This document shows, piece after piece, positions 38,192 to 49,352 of a stretch of DNA of 64,000 bases. The number at the start of each line of letters is the position of its first letter. The stretch's first letter is position 1. The notes under the pieces are model-generated. The model was given only the letters and a program-made list of their open reading frames with translations, made no database searches and was not told where the DNA came from. This DNA is from Rhodosorus marinus CCMP1338 (lineage: Eukaryota > Plantae > Rhodophyta), in the NCBI GenBank assembly GCA_029953675.1, contig JAMWBK010000005.1, positions 868,001-932,000 on the forward strand. Reading direction: 5' to 3'. Position numbers and translations under genes: made by a program.

Positions 38192-38566
38192 TCATTTCCT
38201 CTTAAAATCTTTTTCAATATCTTCTATTCGCGCCCCGACGTCAAGTAAACTTTTAACGCAGCCCTTTCTTCTGATCAGGAGCCGTGCAAGGTCCTTGGCG
38301 AGAGGTCTATTATCATTCTTGATCGCCGTCGTCGTAAGATCCCGCGACACTTCAACTCCGTCGACTTTCAGCGTACTTTGAGTCACTCTCTCGTTCAGCT
38401 CCCTACATTTACTACGCACATCATCCACATTGCTCGTGCCTTCCCAAATCTGCTTCTCCAACTCCGTCACCTCATTCTCCAGCTGCTTAACCTCGTCTTT
38501 CAGCTTCGAGAGTTGCACTTGAGCAGCATCTCGCTTTTGGATCACGATGGTTAGCTCGTCTGACAT
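38192..38566 (-). CDS. Hypothetical 124-aa coiled-coil protein
   Basis: ATG-started ORF with clear heptad pattern (LSKLKDEVKQLENEVTELEKQI). No family recognised. Confidence 0.65.
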   Translation of the reverse strand: MSDELTIVIQKRDAAQVQLSKLKDEVKQLENEVTELEKQIWEGTSNVDDVRSKCRELNERVTQSTLKVDGVEVSRDLTTTAIKNDNRPLAKDLARLLIRRKGCVKSLLDVGARIEDIEKDFKRK

Positions 38567-41389
38567 TAGGACGCAGATGAATCGATACCCGTACTACCCA
38601 GAATCTTTTCATCTACCACCTTCCATCCACTCCCCGTCTATCCATCGATACGCCTCTGTCCAATCAGGTAGACACTCCAGCACGGCCTCGAGGTGATCAC
38701 CGGAGATCATCGAAGGGACCATCGATGAGGCAAAATAGATGAGTGTTCATCCCAGGTTCATGTTCGTCTGTCATCTACTTGCGCTCTAGTCTTCCTCTTA
38801 CATCAGGAGGGAGCCGAAGAGCCCGGACCAATTTGTGGATGCCATACCCAGTTGTGGTCTTCCGGCATTGTGAGGAGACCCGACCTTTTCCGCGAGGTGA
38901 ACGAGGAAGGAAAACTACTAGACTTCTTTATGATTTTCCTTGCTTCACAGTTGTAAAAGCTCTGCTCTCGTTTGTCCAATATAAATCCAAAAAGCATTTG
39001 GTTAAAGCTGAAGAAGGATACACAGTGACGTCAATCTACACATCGGACAGGCGAGGAATTCAGAAAGGAAAATTAAACAATAGTCTAGTGAGAATTTTTT
39101 GGCACCTTCACAGTTGCTCTGTGCTTAATTGGTTGTCGTGCAATCAATATGTAGTTATTGACCACTAGAAAAGTCGTGAAGAGCAATAATGACTGACCTA
39201 CGCGAAGATCTCTGAACAATAACTAGTGTCCAAGGCTGTGTGAGAGGATGCACACTTGGAGACAATGGCATGAAAGCCTGTGGAAACTTCCCATTGAAAT
39301 CTCTTTTATACGCAGCTTCGATCCCGGATATTCGACCGAGGAATATAGATCTGGCAAAAATGGGACATCATCAACTCCGGCGATTTGAACAAGTTAAGTT
39401 CTCACCAACAGGAAGCGTGTGGCGAGAAGCACGTACTGACCAGTGACTACCGCTTGATTTATGCACTCCGACTGATATCCAAGATTACCCTGGGACCTTG
39501 AACTAGTGGATCTGTAGGTTGCCTCGACGCTCAAAAAAAAAAAGAGGTGCAACGGAGCTGAAATACTGAATTCTTCATGGAGAAACAGTTTTCCTGATCC
39601 GCGAGGGCCTCGTTCCAGCTCGACTGCTTGACTAGACCTTGACCTAGCTAAACTCGAGCTCAAGCCCTGCTCGTGCGTGGCACACTGACAGTTTCACTCC
39701 AAACACACGTCAGTCGGGTACTGACAGATACGTTTTTGGAAAACTTAGGACCAAATGAACCTAGTTCTCCAAATATAGTCCGATATCGTTCAAAGTTATT
39801 GAAAATAAAATATATTTGGTTCATGAACTACAGTGAGACTACATCAGTTCTGTTGGAGAAGTGCGCTTTAACCCGCACATTGAGCATAACGTGGAAGTCA
39901 TAGTATAGCCGATGGGGAAATAGTATACGATCGATAGAGTGCGTCGTAGACTCCATAAGGTATACGACCGCGTAGACGGTACTCGTATCCAAAATAGAGA
40001 GTAAATTGACCGCATATGCGACTACATAAGCCCAAAAAAATAGTGGGCTCGCTAGACAGGGGACAATAAAGAAAACCACCAGCAAAACTAAGGTCAACTT
40101 CACCATTTCGAAGCGAGACCCACTATATTTCTTACAAGTTCTAGCCCAAAAATTAGTAACGCGTCGAACGTCGGTCCGTCCAAATGAAATATATTCGGGA
40201 TTGTTTACAAATAAAATCTTTAATTAAGAAAATATATTCTTTATTTTGAGATCATAGGGCCCTAGATGGAGCAGGCCCATGTCAGCGTAGCAGAAGATCG
40301 CCCAAGACAGTCTTTCAATAATTTTAGAAACTATTTGTTTCCTGTGACGAAAGCAAAACTTTCAACAACAAAAGTGGAAAAGGTGGAGAAGGGGGTGGGG
40401 AGATTGGTTCAGGGGGTCTGCCCCATCCTCCAGAGACCAAACGGGATAGTTCTCAGTGGCGTTGTCGTAGATTCTCTAAGCGAGGTAGTCCCACCTAGCT
40501 CTGGAAGTAGAAGAGAATGATTCGCATCTCATATAATGCGAAAAATCCATCCGCCGATTGTCCCAATCGATTTCTATCCGAGGTGACTTCTCCAACCCTT
40601 CTCGTCACCGTCTCCAACCAGCGCCCATTTTCCTCTTTCCTCTTCCCTCCCCCTTTTTTCAAACTCCGAAAACCTATCGAATTATTTTATTATACATAGA
40701 AAAAATCGTCCATATAATATTTTTGGATACATTTTGATTTTTCTTTTTTATTCAGATACTGGTTTTCAACCCAAAAATCTATAAAACGTACGCACGGATT
40801 TCTAACTATACTAAAAACCTATAAAACGTACATAGGAAATTGTTTCAGTTCCGTTATGGAGATTTTGGGGTGTTAGGAAGGCCGTTTTGGGGCAGAGGTG
40901 GTATAAACGAAGTGGAAGAGCGTTTCGGACTTGTCGGGGGGGAAGAGGTGCGGGCCTTCGAAAGGTAAATGCTTAAGCTAGAGACTTGGAAGGAGAAGGT
41001 ACAATATCTAAGAAGTGGGTATATGACTAGAGAAGCTGGTGAGCGGTGGCAAGTTGTGGGGATTGGGGTTGGATGGGAGTTTTTTGTTGTTTTTTTGGTG
41101 TGAGGTGAGAACTGGTTGAGTATTCTTGTTTTGGGACGTACTGAGGTATTTGTTTCTGGTACTCTGAGGAAGGGCGGCTGGTTTTGAGTGAAGATGTTAT
41201 TCGTTTTTGAGTTTGGGTTGAGGGAGGGTGAGAAGAGGAGGAAGTTTTGGGCGCGATAGACTGCGTTTTGCTGTTGGTAGAAAAAAAACCTTTTTGTTCT
41301 GGGACATCGTCTTGAAGGACTGAAGGGAGAGGGCAAAGGTCTTTTCTGGCAGGTCCTGTGGTGTTCTCCGCACGTATCCTCGCATCGAG

Positions 41390-42355
41390 ATGGCTCGAGA
41401 CGGGAAGATCAGAGTTAGGTCCCGTGACTTGGTCAAGGTATTGGCCACGGTCTTGTTAGGTCTGTCTTTTGCGGGGGGCGTATACCTGGTTGACGGAAAA
41501 GCGGACCGATGTATTGAGTATTTGACCGGCTACGTTGTGGAGCTATCACTTTCTGTGGATAATTTATTTGTTTTCTTGCTTATTTTTAACTACTTCCACG
41601 TCCCTAGAGAGGCACAGGAGCCGGTCCTATTTTGGGGTATCCTTGGGGCCATGATTTTCAGAGGATTGATGATCTTTGTTGGCGGGAAACTGACAGAGAG
41701 GTTCCGATTAGCTCAGCTTGGTTTTGCCGCGATCCTACTCTACTCAGCTATCAAGTTGTTAGTAGAAGGCGAGGAGGATGAGGATCTTTCGAACAACAGG
41801 ATTATTAAGTAAGCAAAAATGGTGTTGGCATTGGAGTAGAGAGCGAGACGTTCGTTTGACACACTCCAACCGACTTTTCTTGTGTTTTTTCTCTGAAGGT
41901 TTGCCAAGTCGGTTGTACCCGTCTCCGATACGTATTACGGGACAAAGTTTTACGTCAGGGAATCAGAGAAGATCATCTGGACTCCTCTCCTTGTAGTTTT
42001 ACTCTCAATCGAACTCTCCGATGTCGTTTTCGCCTTTGATTCAGTACCTGCTGTTCTCGGGATCTCCGATGATATTTTCGTGATATACACGTCAAACGTC
42101 TTCGCTATCATTGGGTTGAGGTCACTGTATTTTGTCATCGCGGATGCGATCGGAACACTACGCTTCTTGCAACCGTCGCTGGCATTAGTATTGGGGTTCA
42201 TTGCGCTGAAGATGATTTTCGCGGTTGTCGGTGTGCAAATAAGCACTAAGCTCAGTCTGGGTTTTGTTTTGCTGATTCTGAGCGGAGGAGTGGGCTTGAG
42301 TTATCTGTACCCTGCTGCCAAGGAGGAAGTGAAAGAAAACGAGGATGAATTATAA
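41390..42355 (+). CDS. terC: TerC-family integral membrane protein (putative Mn/metal transporter; plant TERC-like), 2 or more exons
   Basis: YLTGYVVELSLSVDNLFVF, VLFWGILGAMIFRG, and after the intron (about 41809-41898) IELSDVVFAFDSVPAVLGIS and YTSNVFAIIGLRSLYF. A possible extra 5' exon starts at ATG 41073 (MGVFCCFFGVR|GTGAGA), phase-compatible with the acceptor at 41352. Confidence 0.92.
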
Positions 42356-43668
42356 AAAACATTCTGGATCGATTCTGGCATAGCTGGCAGCTTTCAACTG
42401 TAGACCTGCGTCCCGTCAGGCCGACAGTGGATAGCATCTGCAACAAACACAGCCGCTTGCAGTATCAGTCGATTTTCGAAGTTGTTCTTGTCCTTGTGAC
42501 AACGTGTATAGATCCTCGGTACGCCGAGAGCAATCTTCGTTTGAGGAGAATTTTTGCGGAGTTGTGCAATAGAAGGGGTAAATTGTATGTCGAGCTGCTA
42601 GAGGGAACAGACGGAGTGGCACTATCGTGGACATTCTACTTGATTTGAAAGTTTCTCAGAATCTTTCTCCTGACGAGAACCGATTTGTTGCTGCTCGGCC
42701 TCAACTGCCAGCAAGGCTGTGAAGTTTTTGACATTAGAAACTGCAGAACTGGCGTCTTGAATAAGTAGTCGACCTCTGCTGCTTCTCGCAGAGGCGGAAT
42801 TTAAACGGGAGGGCGTTCGAGACGAGCACAAGGCACTTGCAGGAAAAAGAATGAAAGACCGCAAAAATCGCGAAGGAAGAGCAGCGGTGAGGCTTGGACG
42901 AAAATACAGACCAGCACGTGATTTAGTTTTTCAACCAACTTCCTACAAAAGAAACAGCCATGGTACTAAAATCTCGAGATGAACGCGGACGAGGTTGCAT
43001 ACCAGAAATCCATCTGCGAACGTGAGTAGCATCGACTATATCAAAGGGGCAACCACACGAGCACCTAAAAGCTAAGCGTATTGGAGGAAAAGTACACAAG
43101 GCAAATTGACAACAGGCAATTGCGCCTGACCGGAAACATTCTGCGCAGACCCCTACAGAAGAGCCTCCAAACTCGGGAGAAACTAATCCAAGCCCAAAAT
43201 CCTCGAGCCTTTCGCTGCGCTATCCGAATCGTACTAGGCAGCGGTCGCAAATTCGAAACCTGGTGACATCCATGTTCGACCCAACCAATCATATCCCTTA
43301 CTGCAATAGGCCGTTACTCTTTCACCAATAAAAATAACTCCCGCGTGGCAGTTAATCACTTAAAAAGCTGCATCGTAAATTTGATATAATTACATCCAAT
43401 AATAACTACATAGATAAGTGTAAGTTAAAAAACTCGTAGTTAATGATTGGTTAAAACATTGTGTTTTATTTAATATTAATTAGAATGATGGGTGTAGATA
43501 CTTTTCGGCTAGAAACAGAGGTTTTTTTGGTATTTTCTTGAAGGATGTGGAGTTCGGGCGGGTGAGGTTGGAGGGTACGGTAGTGATGTTCATAGCTTGA
43601 GTAGGGCATCGAGAGAGGTGTGGTAGAGCTTTGCCGGTCCAAAGCATTGGTTTTCTATTACAGACGTA

Positions 43669-46600
43669 ATGGCACATCAAACTAGAATCTCCAGATTTTT
43701 CCAGAAGGCTCCGGCGGTTAAGGTGAAGGAGAAGGAGGAGGAGGAGGAGGAGGTGGTGGTGGAGAAACGGGTACGGAAGGCATTGGAGGATGGGGATGAT
43801 CGTGGAGGTACCGAGGTTGAGCTAAAGTTTCCTGAGTCTGAGCGTGCTGCGAAGAAGACTAGGATTGTCGCTGCTGACCCTAAGCCAGCGAAGAGGGATC
43901 GTTCTTCGAGGAAGAGTGTAGTGGAGTCTGTATTGGACAGGTATACACGGGATGGGGCTGGTGAGGATGTGGTTAGGAGGAATGAACAGAAGAGCAGGAG
44001 GTTCAAGGATAGAGTACTCACATGGAGACGAAGGGAACCCGATCGCGAGAAGGCCCAAGGAGAAGCGGGCGAAGGAGGGGAGAAGGAATCAGTTGAAAAG
44101 GATGCCAATGCCGGAGGGTCAAAGGGCGCTAAGGGAGGATCGAAGTTTACTCCTCTGGAGGAACAGTACGTGAAGTTCAAAGAAGAAAACCCAGATACTT
44201 TGCTGTTCATAGAATGTGGCTACAAGTTTCGATTTTTTGGGGAGGATGCTGAGGTCGCGTCGAAGATTCTAAGAATTTATGCCCACTTCGACCACAACTT
44301 CATGACGGCCAGTATTCCAACGCACCGATTACCTTATCACCTGGAGCGACTTGTTCGAGCAGGCTGTAAAGCTGGCGTCGTGCGTCAGATCGAAACCGCA
44401 GCTCTGAAGAAATCGGGCAGCAACAAGACTGGGCCTTTTGTGCGAAAGCTGACCGAAGTATACACATTGGGAACGCTGGTTAGTGACTCCCTCGGGGGTA
44501 CAAAGCTGTTGAACGACGTCAACGAGCTCTCAAGGATTTCGACAGCCTACCTTGCGGCAGTTTTTGAGGTGGAGAAGGCACCCGGCGCGGCAGGTCCGAA
44601 AACTGGCGAAACAAGTATTGAGTTTGCTGCCCTAGACGTGTCGACCGGCGAGCTGATTTTTGACTTTTTCGAGGACAACGCGCTTCGACAGAGCTTGGAG
44701 TCGATTCTGACATCTCTCGAGCCCGTTGAGATCGTCATACCAAGCACCGGTATAACAGAAAGAACTGAAAAGGTCGTGCGCGCGTACACATCGCGGGAAA
44801 TTGTCCGGCTGCAACACCTTGGGAGGCAGCAGTTCCTCGCTGAGGACGGAGAGGGGGTCGACGATTACCTCCGCAGGGCTGAGAACTCTGAAGTGAAGAA
44901 TTGCAGACGTGCACTCACGGGGCTGTATCGATACATCTGCGAGTTCAACCTACAGCGGGCTATATCTGGAATGAACCACATCACAAGATATGTAGAGCGG
45001 GACTCAACTTCTTTAACATCGTCGGTTATACAGAGCTTTGAAGTGTTCTCAAACAGTGAAGACGGGTCGAGCAACGGAACTCTCTTTTCGCTGTTGAACC
45101 GCACTGGAACTCCGTTCGGATCAAGGGAGCTGCGGAGGTGGCTCTTGCATCCGCTGATCACCGCTGAAGGAATTCGACGGCGACAGGATGCGGTGCGAGA
45201 GATTTCTGATATGCTGCCTTCTAAAGGCCAAGCTGGAAACGAAATGAGTGCGCTGTTGAAGAAGCTCGACTCGCTACAGGATTTAGAGAGGAGCCTGCCG
45301 AAGATTCGATATCAAAAGTGCAGCCCTGCAGAGTTTTTGAGCACAATACAAGACTTTCTGAGCCTTTCCTCTCTGATCGACGGGGCAAGAAAGCACGTGA
45401 AGTTCAGATCAGAGATGCTCAGCTCAATGCTTGCGGAGGTGCCAGACGTAACTCCGATTGTTGAGCGAAACGTCTGGAAGCGAATCAACAAGGAGAGTGC
45501 TCAAAAAAACGACTATTCGTGCCTGTTCAAGGATGGTCTGCGCTGTGAGGAGGTGGAGGATGACGATACCGCGGCGAGAGCGAGCTATGAAAGAGAGCAG
45601 TGCATGGTGCAGGAAGCTCTTGCCGTGAAGGCTGGTGTGGACGTACTTAAATTCTTAGAAGATGAACTAGAGCAGCACTTGGTTCAGATCCGCTCCGAAC
45701 TGAAGAAACCTGCTTTACAGTGGAAGAAGATTCACATAGAGGAGTACCTGATAGAACTTCCAGTCGACGAGACCAAACTTGCCGGGGCGGACTGGTCGAG
45801 AATCAATCAGACCAAAACGTTCGTCAGGTTTCGTACACCAAAAACGGCGCGCCTATTGCAGACAATGGCTGAACATCGAGAACGCGTCGAACTCTCCGGA
45901 AAGACGGCATGGAGAATGTTCCTGGAACTTTTTGACCAGTATTACGACGACTTCCGTGCTGTTATTCGATTCATCGCGGTCTTGGACGTGCTCGCGGCTT
46001 TGGCGCGGTTGTCCGGGCTGCCCGACTATTGTTACCCTAGAATCCTGGACATTGATGCAGGCTCCAGTGGAATACTAGCTCGTGGAGCCAGACACCCGGT
46101 GGTAGACTCAGTGAATCCCACGTTCGTGCCCAACGACATCGAGCTGGGATTGTCTGGGAGCACAGAGCGTGTTATGGTAGTAACTGGGCCGAACATGGGA
46201 GGAAAGAGCACGTATGTTCGGTCTGTCGCTCTTCTCTCTATTATGGCCCAGGTCGGATGTTGCGTACCAGCCTCGGAGATGGAACTTGCTCCATTCGACA
46301 GCTTTTTCGCGCGTATAGGGGCTTCGGACAACATAAGCAAAGGCCTGAGCACGTTCATGGTTGAGCTAACGGAAACTGCAGAAATATTGAGGACAGCCTC
46401 GAAGAGATCTCTCGTTGCGATTGATGAGCTCGGAAGGGGTACTAGCACCCACGACGGAACCGCGATTTCTTACTCAACCCTCGAGTTCCTCCTCGAGGAG
46501 ACGCAGTGCACAACTCTGTTCGTCACACACTACCCGATCATTGCCAAACTTGCAGACGCCTACCCACGTTTGACAGGAGTGTTCCACATGAGCTACATTG

Positions 46601-46920
46601 AACAGCGAGAAGGCGTGGATAAAACGGAAGGCAATGAGTGTTCCCGCATCACATTTCTTTACAAGATCAAGCGCGGATTGGCGAGGAAGAGCTACGGCTT
46701 GAACGTCGCTAGGATGGCTTCTTTGCCTCCGGAGGTGATACGAACAGCATCAAAGCAGGCTGGGCGTATGGAGAACGCGACGATCCGCCGATCGATGCAG
46801 GCGGAGTTTGCTCAATCGCTTAGAAACGTAGCCCAAATTTTGCGTAGGGAAGATACGCCCTCGGAGGATGCCTACAGGGCTCTCTTGGAGGAGCGGCAGG
46901 ATCTTCCTGACCTTATTTAA
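43669..46920 (+). CDS. MSH3: DNA mismatch repair protein MSH3 (MutS-beta subunit), intronless
   Basis: N-terminal PCNA-binding box QTRISRFF. MSH3-type mismatch domain TPLEEQY...ECGYKFRFFGEDAE...NFMTASIP. Walker A TGPNMGGKSTY, STFMVEL, DELGRGTSTHDG, FVTHY, SYGLNVARMA. Confidence 0.95.
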   Translation: MAHQTRISRFFQKAPAVKVKEKEEEEEEVVVEKRVRKALEDGDDRGGTEVELKFPESERAAKKTRIVAADPKPAKRDRSSRKSVVESVLDRYTRDGAGEDVVRRNEQKSRRFKDRVLTWRRREPDREKAQGEAGEGGEKESVEKDANAGGSKGAKGGSKFTPLEEQYVKFKEENPDTLLFIECGYKFRFFGEDAEVASKILRIYAHFDHNFMTASIPTHRLPYHLERLVRAGCKAGVVRQIETAALKKSGSNKTGPFVRKLTEVYTLGTLVSDSLGGTKLLNDVNELSRISTAYLAAVFEVEKAPGAAGPKTGETSIEFAALDVSTGELIFDFFEDNALRQSLESILTSLEPVEIVIPSTGITERTEKVVRAYTSREIVRLQHLGRQQFLAEDGEGVDDYLRRAENSEVKNCRRALTGLYRYICEFNLQRAISGMNHITRYVERDSTSLTSSVIQSFEVFSNSEDGSSNGTLFSLLNRTGTPFGSRELRRWLLHPLITAEGIRRRQDAVREISDMLPSKGQAGNEMSALLKKLDSLQDLERSLPKIRYQKCSPAEFLSTIQDFLSLSSLIDGARKHVKFRSEMLSSMLAEVPDVTPIVERNVWKRINKESAQKNDYSCLFKDGLRCEEVEDDDTAARASYEREQCMVQEALAVKAGVDVLKFLEDELEQHLVQIRSELKKPALQWKKIHIEEYLIELPVDETKLAGADWSRINQTKTFVRFRTPKTARLLQTMAEHRERVELSGKTAWRMFLELFDQYYDDFRAVIRFIAVLDVLAALARLSGLPDYCYPRILDIDAGSSGILARGARHPVVDSVNPTFVPNDIELGLSGSTERVMVVTGPNMGGKSTYVRSVALLSIMAQVGCCVPASEMELAPFDSFFARIGASDNISKGLSTFMVELTETAEILRTASKRSLVAIDELGRGTSTHDGTAISYSTLEFLLEETQCTTLFVTHYPIIAKLADAYPRLTGVFHMSYIEQREGVDKTEGNECSRITFLYKIKRGLARKSYGLNVARMASLPPEVIRTASKQAGRMENATIRRSMQAEFAQSLRNVAQILRREDTPSEDAYRALLEERQDLPDLI

Positions 46921-47905
46921 AGACAGGAGTTGAAACGAAGAAGAGCGTCAGAGCACAACGGGGGAATTCTTCTGAAAGCCACCAGAAAAAGAGAGAGTAA
47001 TCAACATCTTCTGCACTCTGAGAGTGTATGACTAACACCATCAATCGCGTTTCATCTGGTCCAGCAGAGTGGTCCATCAGGTAGATAGCAAACTTAGTCA
47101 AAGACTTTATCTAGACCCGTCATAGACTTAGACCAGCTACAGATGTACGCCGGTCAAGAACGAGAGGGCCTTTTTACAATTGTAGGACCGTAGAACTAGA
47201 CTTCCTAGTTAAGCGAGGGTTTGCGAAATCTTACAGCGGGCGAGTCCAGCGGAATCAACCTTTTCGAGGGCAGATCCAGGTCCTGATCCCTTCAAGCTCG
47301 CTGCTTGTCAGGACAGAGAACGATGCACCAACTTTGTGTGAGGCGAAACTAACCGGACGCAGCTGGCGGGACGGGTGGATCATGACAAGATTAATATTTG
47401 ATCCCCGATCGATCTCCTTGATCCGAAATGTCGGTTCTTGAATCACGCCATTTACGCCACGTCCGGAATCTTTGGCATCACACGACCTTGAGGAAAGTTC
47501 CGGTTCTGCAAATCTCGCTATCAAATCGCTCGGTCAAGAGACACCAGCGTCTCACAAGGTCCGCTGACCCGCCCCTCGTCCGGCCGCGTAGTCCCCCCCG
47601 TCGCTACTGGCCAACACGACGTTCTTGTCCACTACCACTACGGAACTTCAAAGACATGCTCCTCCACCCGCGCAAACCACCAGCGACAGTACCGACAAAT
47701 CATGAACGGACACGAAGAAATTTCCTCAGGCGCCGCCGCCGGTGGCACCGGACGCGACGACATGCGAATCCATGTCTTGGCCGAAGGGAAAAGCCTCTAC
47801 TGATCGCCTCATCCGCAACAGATCCGCCTTCTCACGACATCGAAGCCTTAACTACAACAGCTGCTCGCCACCAAAAAAAAAAACAGGCTAAGCTCTTGCT
47901 CTTTC

Positions 47906-48150
47906 GTTCATCTTCCTCATCAGGAAATCTCGGAAGGGAATTTGCTACAGGCTCGTGTTTTTGTTTTCACCTCAAGTCCATCATCTTCAGCAGCAAAAGT
48001 CCACTCGGCTTTCTACAGCTTCCCTGTTGACCCAATGTCCGCACATCGCCATCATCTTCTTCATCAGGGAAATCGCGATCTCGAAGGGAAATTGCTTCTT
48101 TGCGTCTGTCAGTTTTCTTGTCAACGTGAAGTCCATCTTCTTCAGCACCA
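47906..48150. repeat. Diverged local duplication (two ~90-100 bp copies about 145 bp apart)
   Basis: tcttcctcatcaggaaatctcggaagggaatttgct...caagtccatcatcttcagcagca (47906-47995) versus tcttcttcatcagggaaatcgcgatctcgaagggaaattgct...gaagtccatcttcttcagcacca (48051-48150). Confidence 0.75.
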
Positions 48151-48525
48151 GAGGTTCACGTGGCTTTCCGCTAGTTGTTGACTCATAATGGTCAGGGTAT
48201 CGTCACCATTTGAAACAGCGGGGCGGAGGGGTGGGTTTCAATTGTTGAAGCCGCTTTGGAGTGCCAACGACGTCGTCAAGGCGAATGAACAAAAGGGTCA
48301 GCACAGCTTGGGGAGGGTGGAGTTCACGAGATGCCGCAATGAGGATGCCTAGCCTACTTCCATTAGGGGACATTTTGGCCATCTGAACATGTGAGAATCG
48401 AGGTGATTCTTGAGCGGACCTGTGTGAAAGAACGGAGCGTGTGCTCAGAGGACAATGTATTGAGTTGATTATAGAGAGGGCAGTTGTCCCAGACGAACAG
48501 AGCATTCTCTTGCGTCTTTTTCGCA

Positions 48526-49265
48526 ATGGGGTCACGTGGAGGGTTTCGTGGAAGAGGCCGAGGACGAGGGTCTAGATTGAGGCCTCCTAGTCCCATCAGT
48601 AGAGCTCTACAAAACCTTACCAATGAAGATGGGAAGGGAGCGCTTATGTTGGATGAGGCTGGCAGGTTTCCGATTTTGAAGGAAGGGTTTACCTCGAGGT
48701 GGGATTCTCCGGAGACTCCAGTGGACCTATCTGAAATGAATCCACCGCTAAGGGTTCGTCCAATTTTGTATCTTCTAGGGCCACCCCATTGTCCTCTAGG
48801 GAAAGAGATATGCTCATGTCGAACGTTCGACTTATCAGTAGCTACAAGAAACTGTACGGAGTAGTCAGGGAGAAGACTGCGGGGACGAGGCCCTATCGGT
48901 ATCGTGATCGAAAACGCGATCTAAAGGATCGAAGAGAAAAGGGGAACGACGATAAAGACTGGTCTTTGAGGGAAGACCAGATCTTCCTAAGCGTGCCGGA
49001 GAACGACGCCAAGGAGTTCAATGAGCCAGAGCAGAAGCGGTTAAAGATTGAAGCGGAGAGTAGCCCTCAGGAAGTTGCAAACGAGGATCCGCTGCAAGTT
49101 GATTCCCAAGAAGTGATCGAGAGGAATGTACCCGATGAGGGTGTAGACCGAAGGCTTGATGCAGTTGAAGTGGATGAGGACGACGATTACGGACGCGAGG
49201 AACACTTTGACGACGACGATGACGACTATCATCACCAGAGCGGGGACGATGAGGCCGTGTTGTAA
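48526..49265 (+). CDS. Probable RNA polymerase III subunit RPC7/C31, 2 exons
   Basis: N-terminal MGSRGGFRGRGRGRG and acidic C-terminus DEDDDYGREEHFDDDDDDY...GDDEAVL resemble the C31 tail pattern. A phase-2 intron at about 48699-48778 joins the two ORFs. Confidence 0.6.
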
Positions 49266-49352
49266 ACTATACGCTCCGGATTCTCCCTTTTTCTTTAGTC
49301 ATCATCACCCTTTTCCGGGAGAAGCAACGAGGGAAAAAAAATGTACAAAACC

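Noticed and set aside
39828-40130. Hydrophobic 92-aa minus-strand ORF and an imperfect inverted repeat (tagtgggctcgc / gcgagacccacta)
   Set aside because: AT-rich intergenic composition easily yields hydrophobic ORFs, and the stem is short and imperfect.
42400-42864. Minus-strand ORF pair with a transit-peptide-like start
   Set aside because: The start is TTG only, the intron would be 42 nt, and there is no homology cue.
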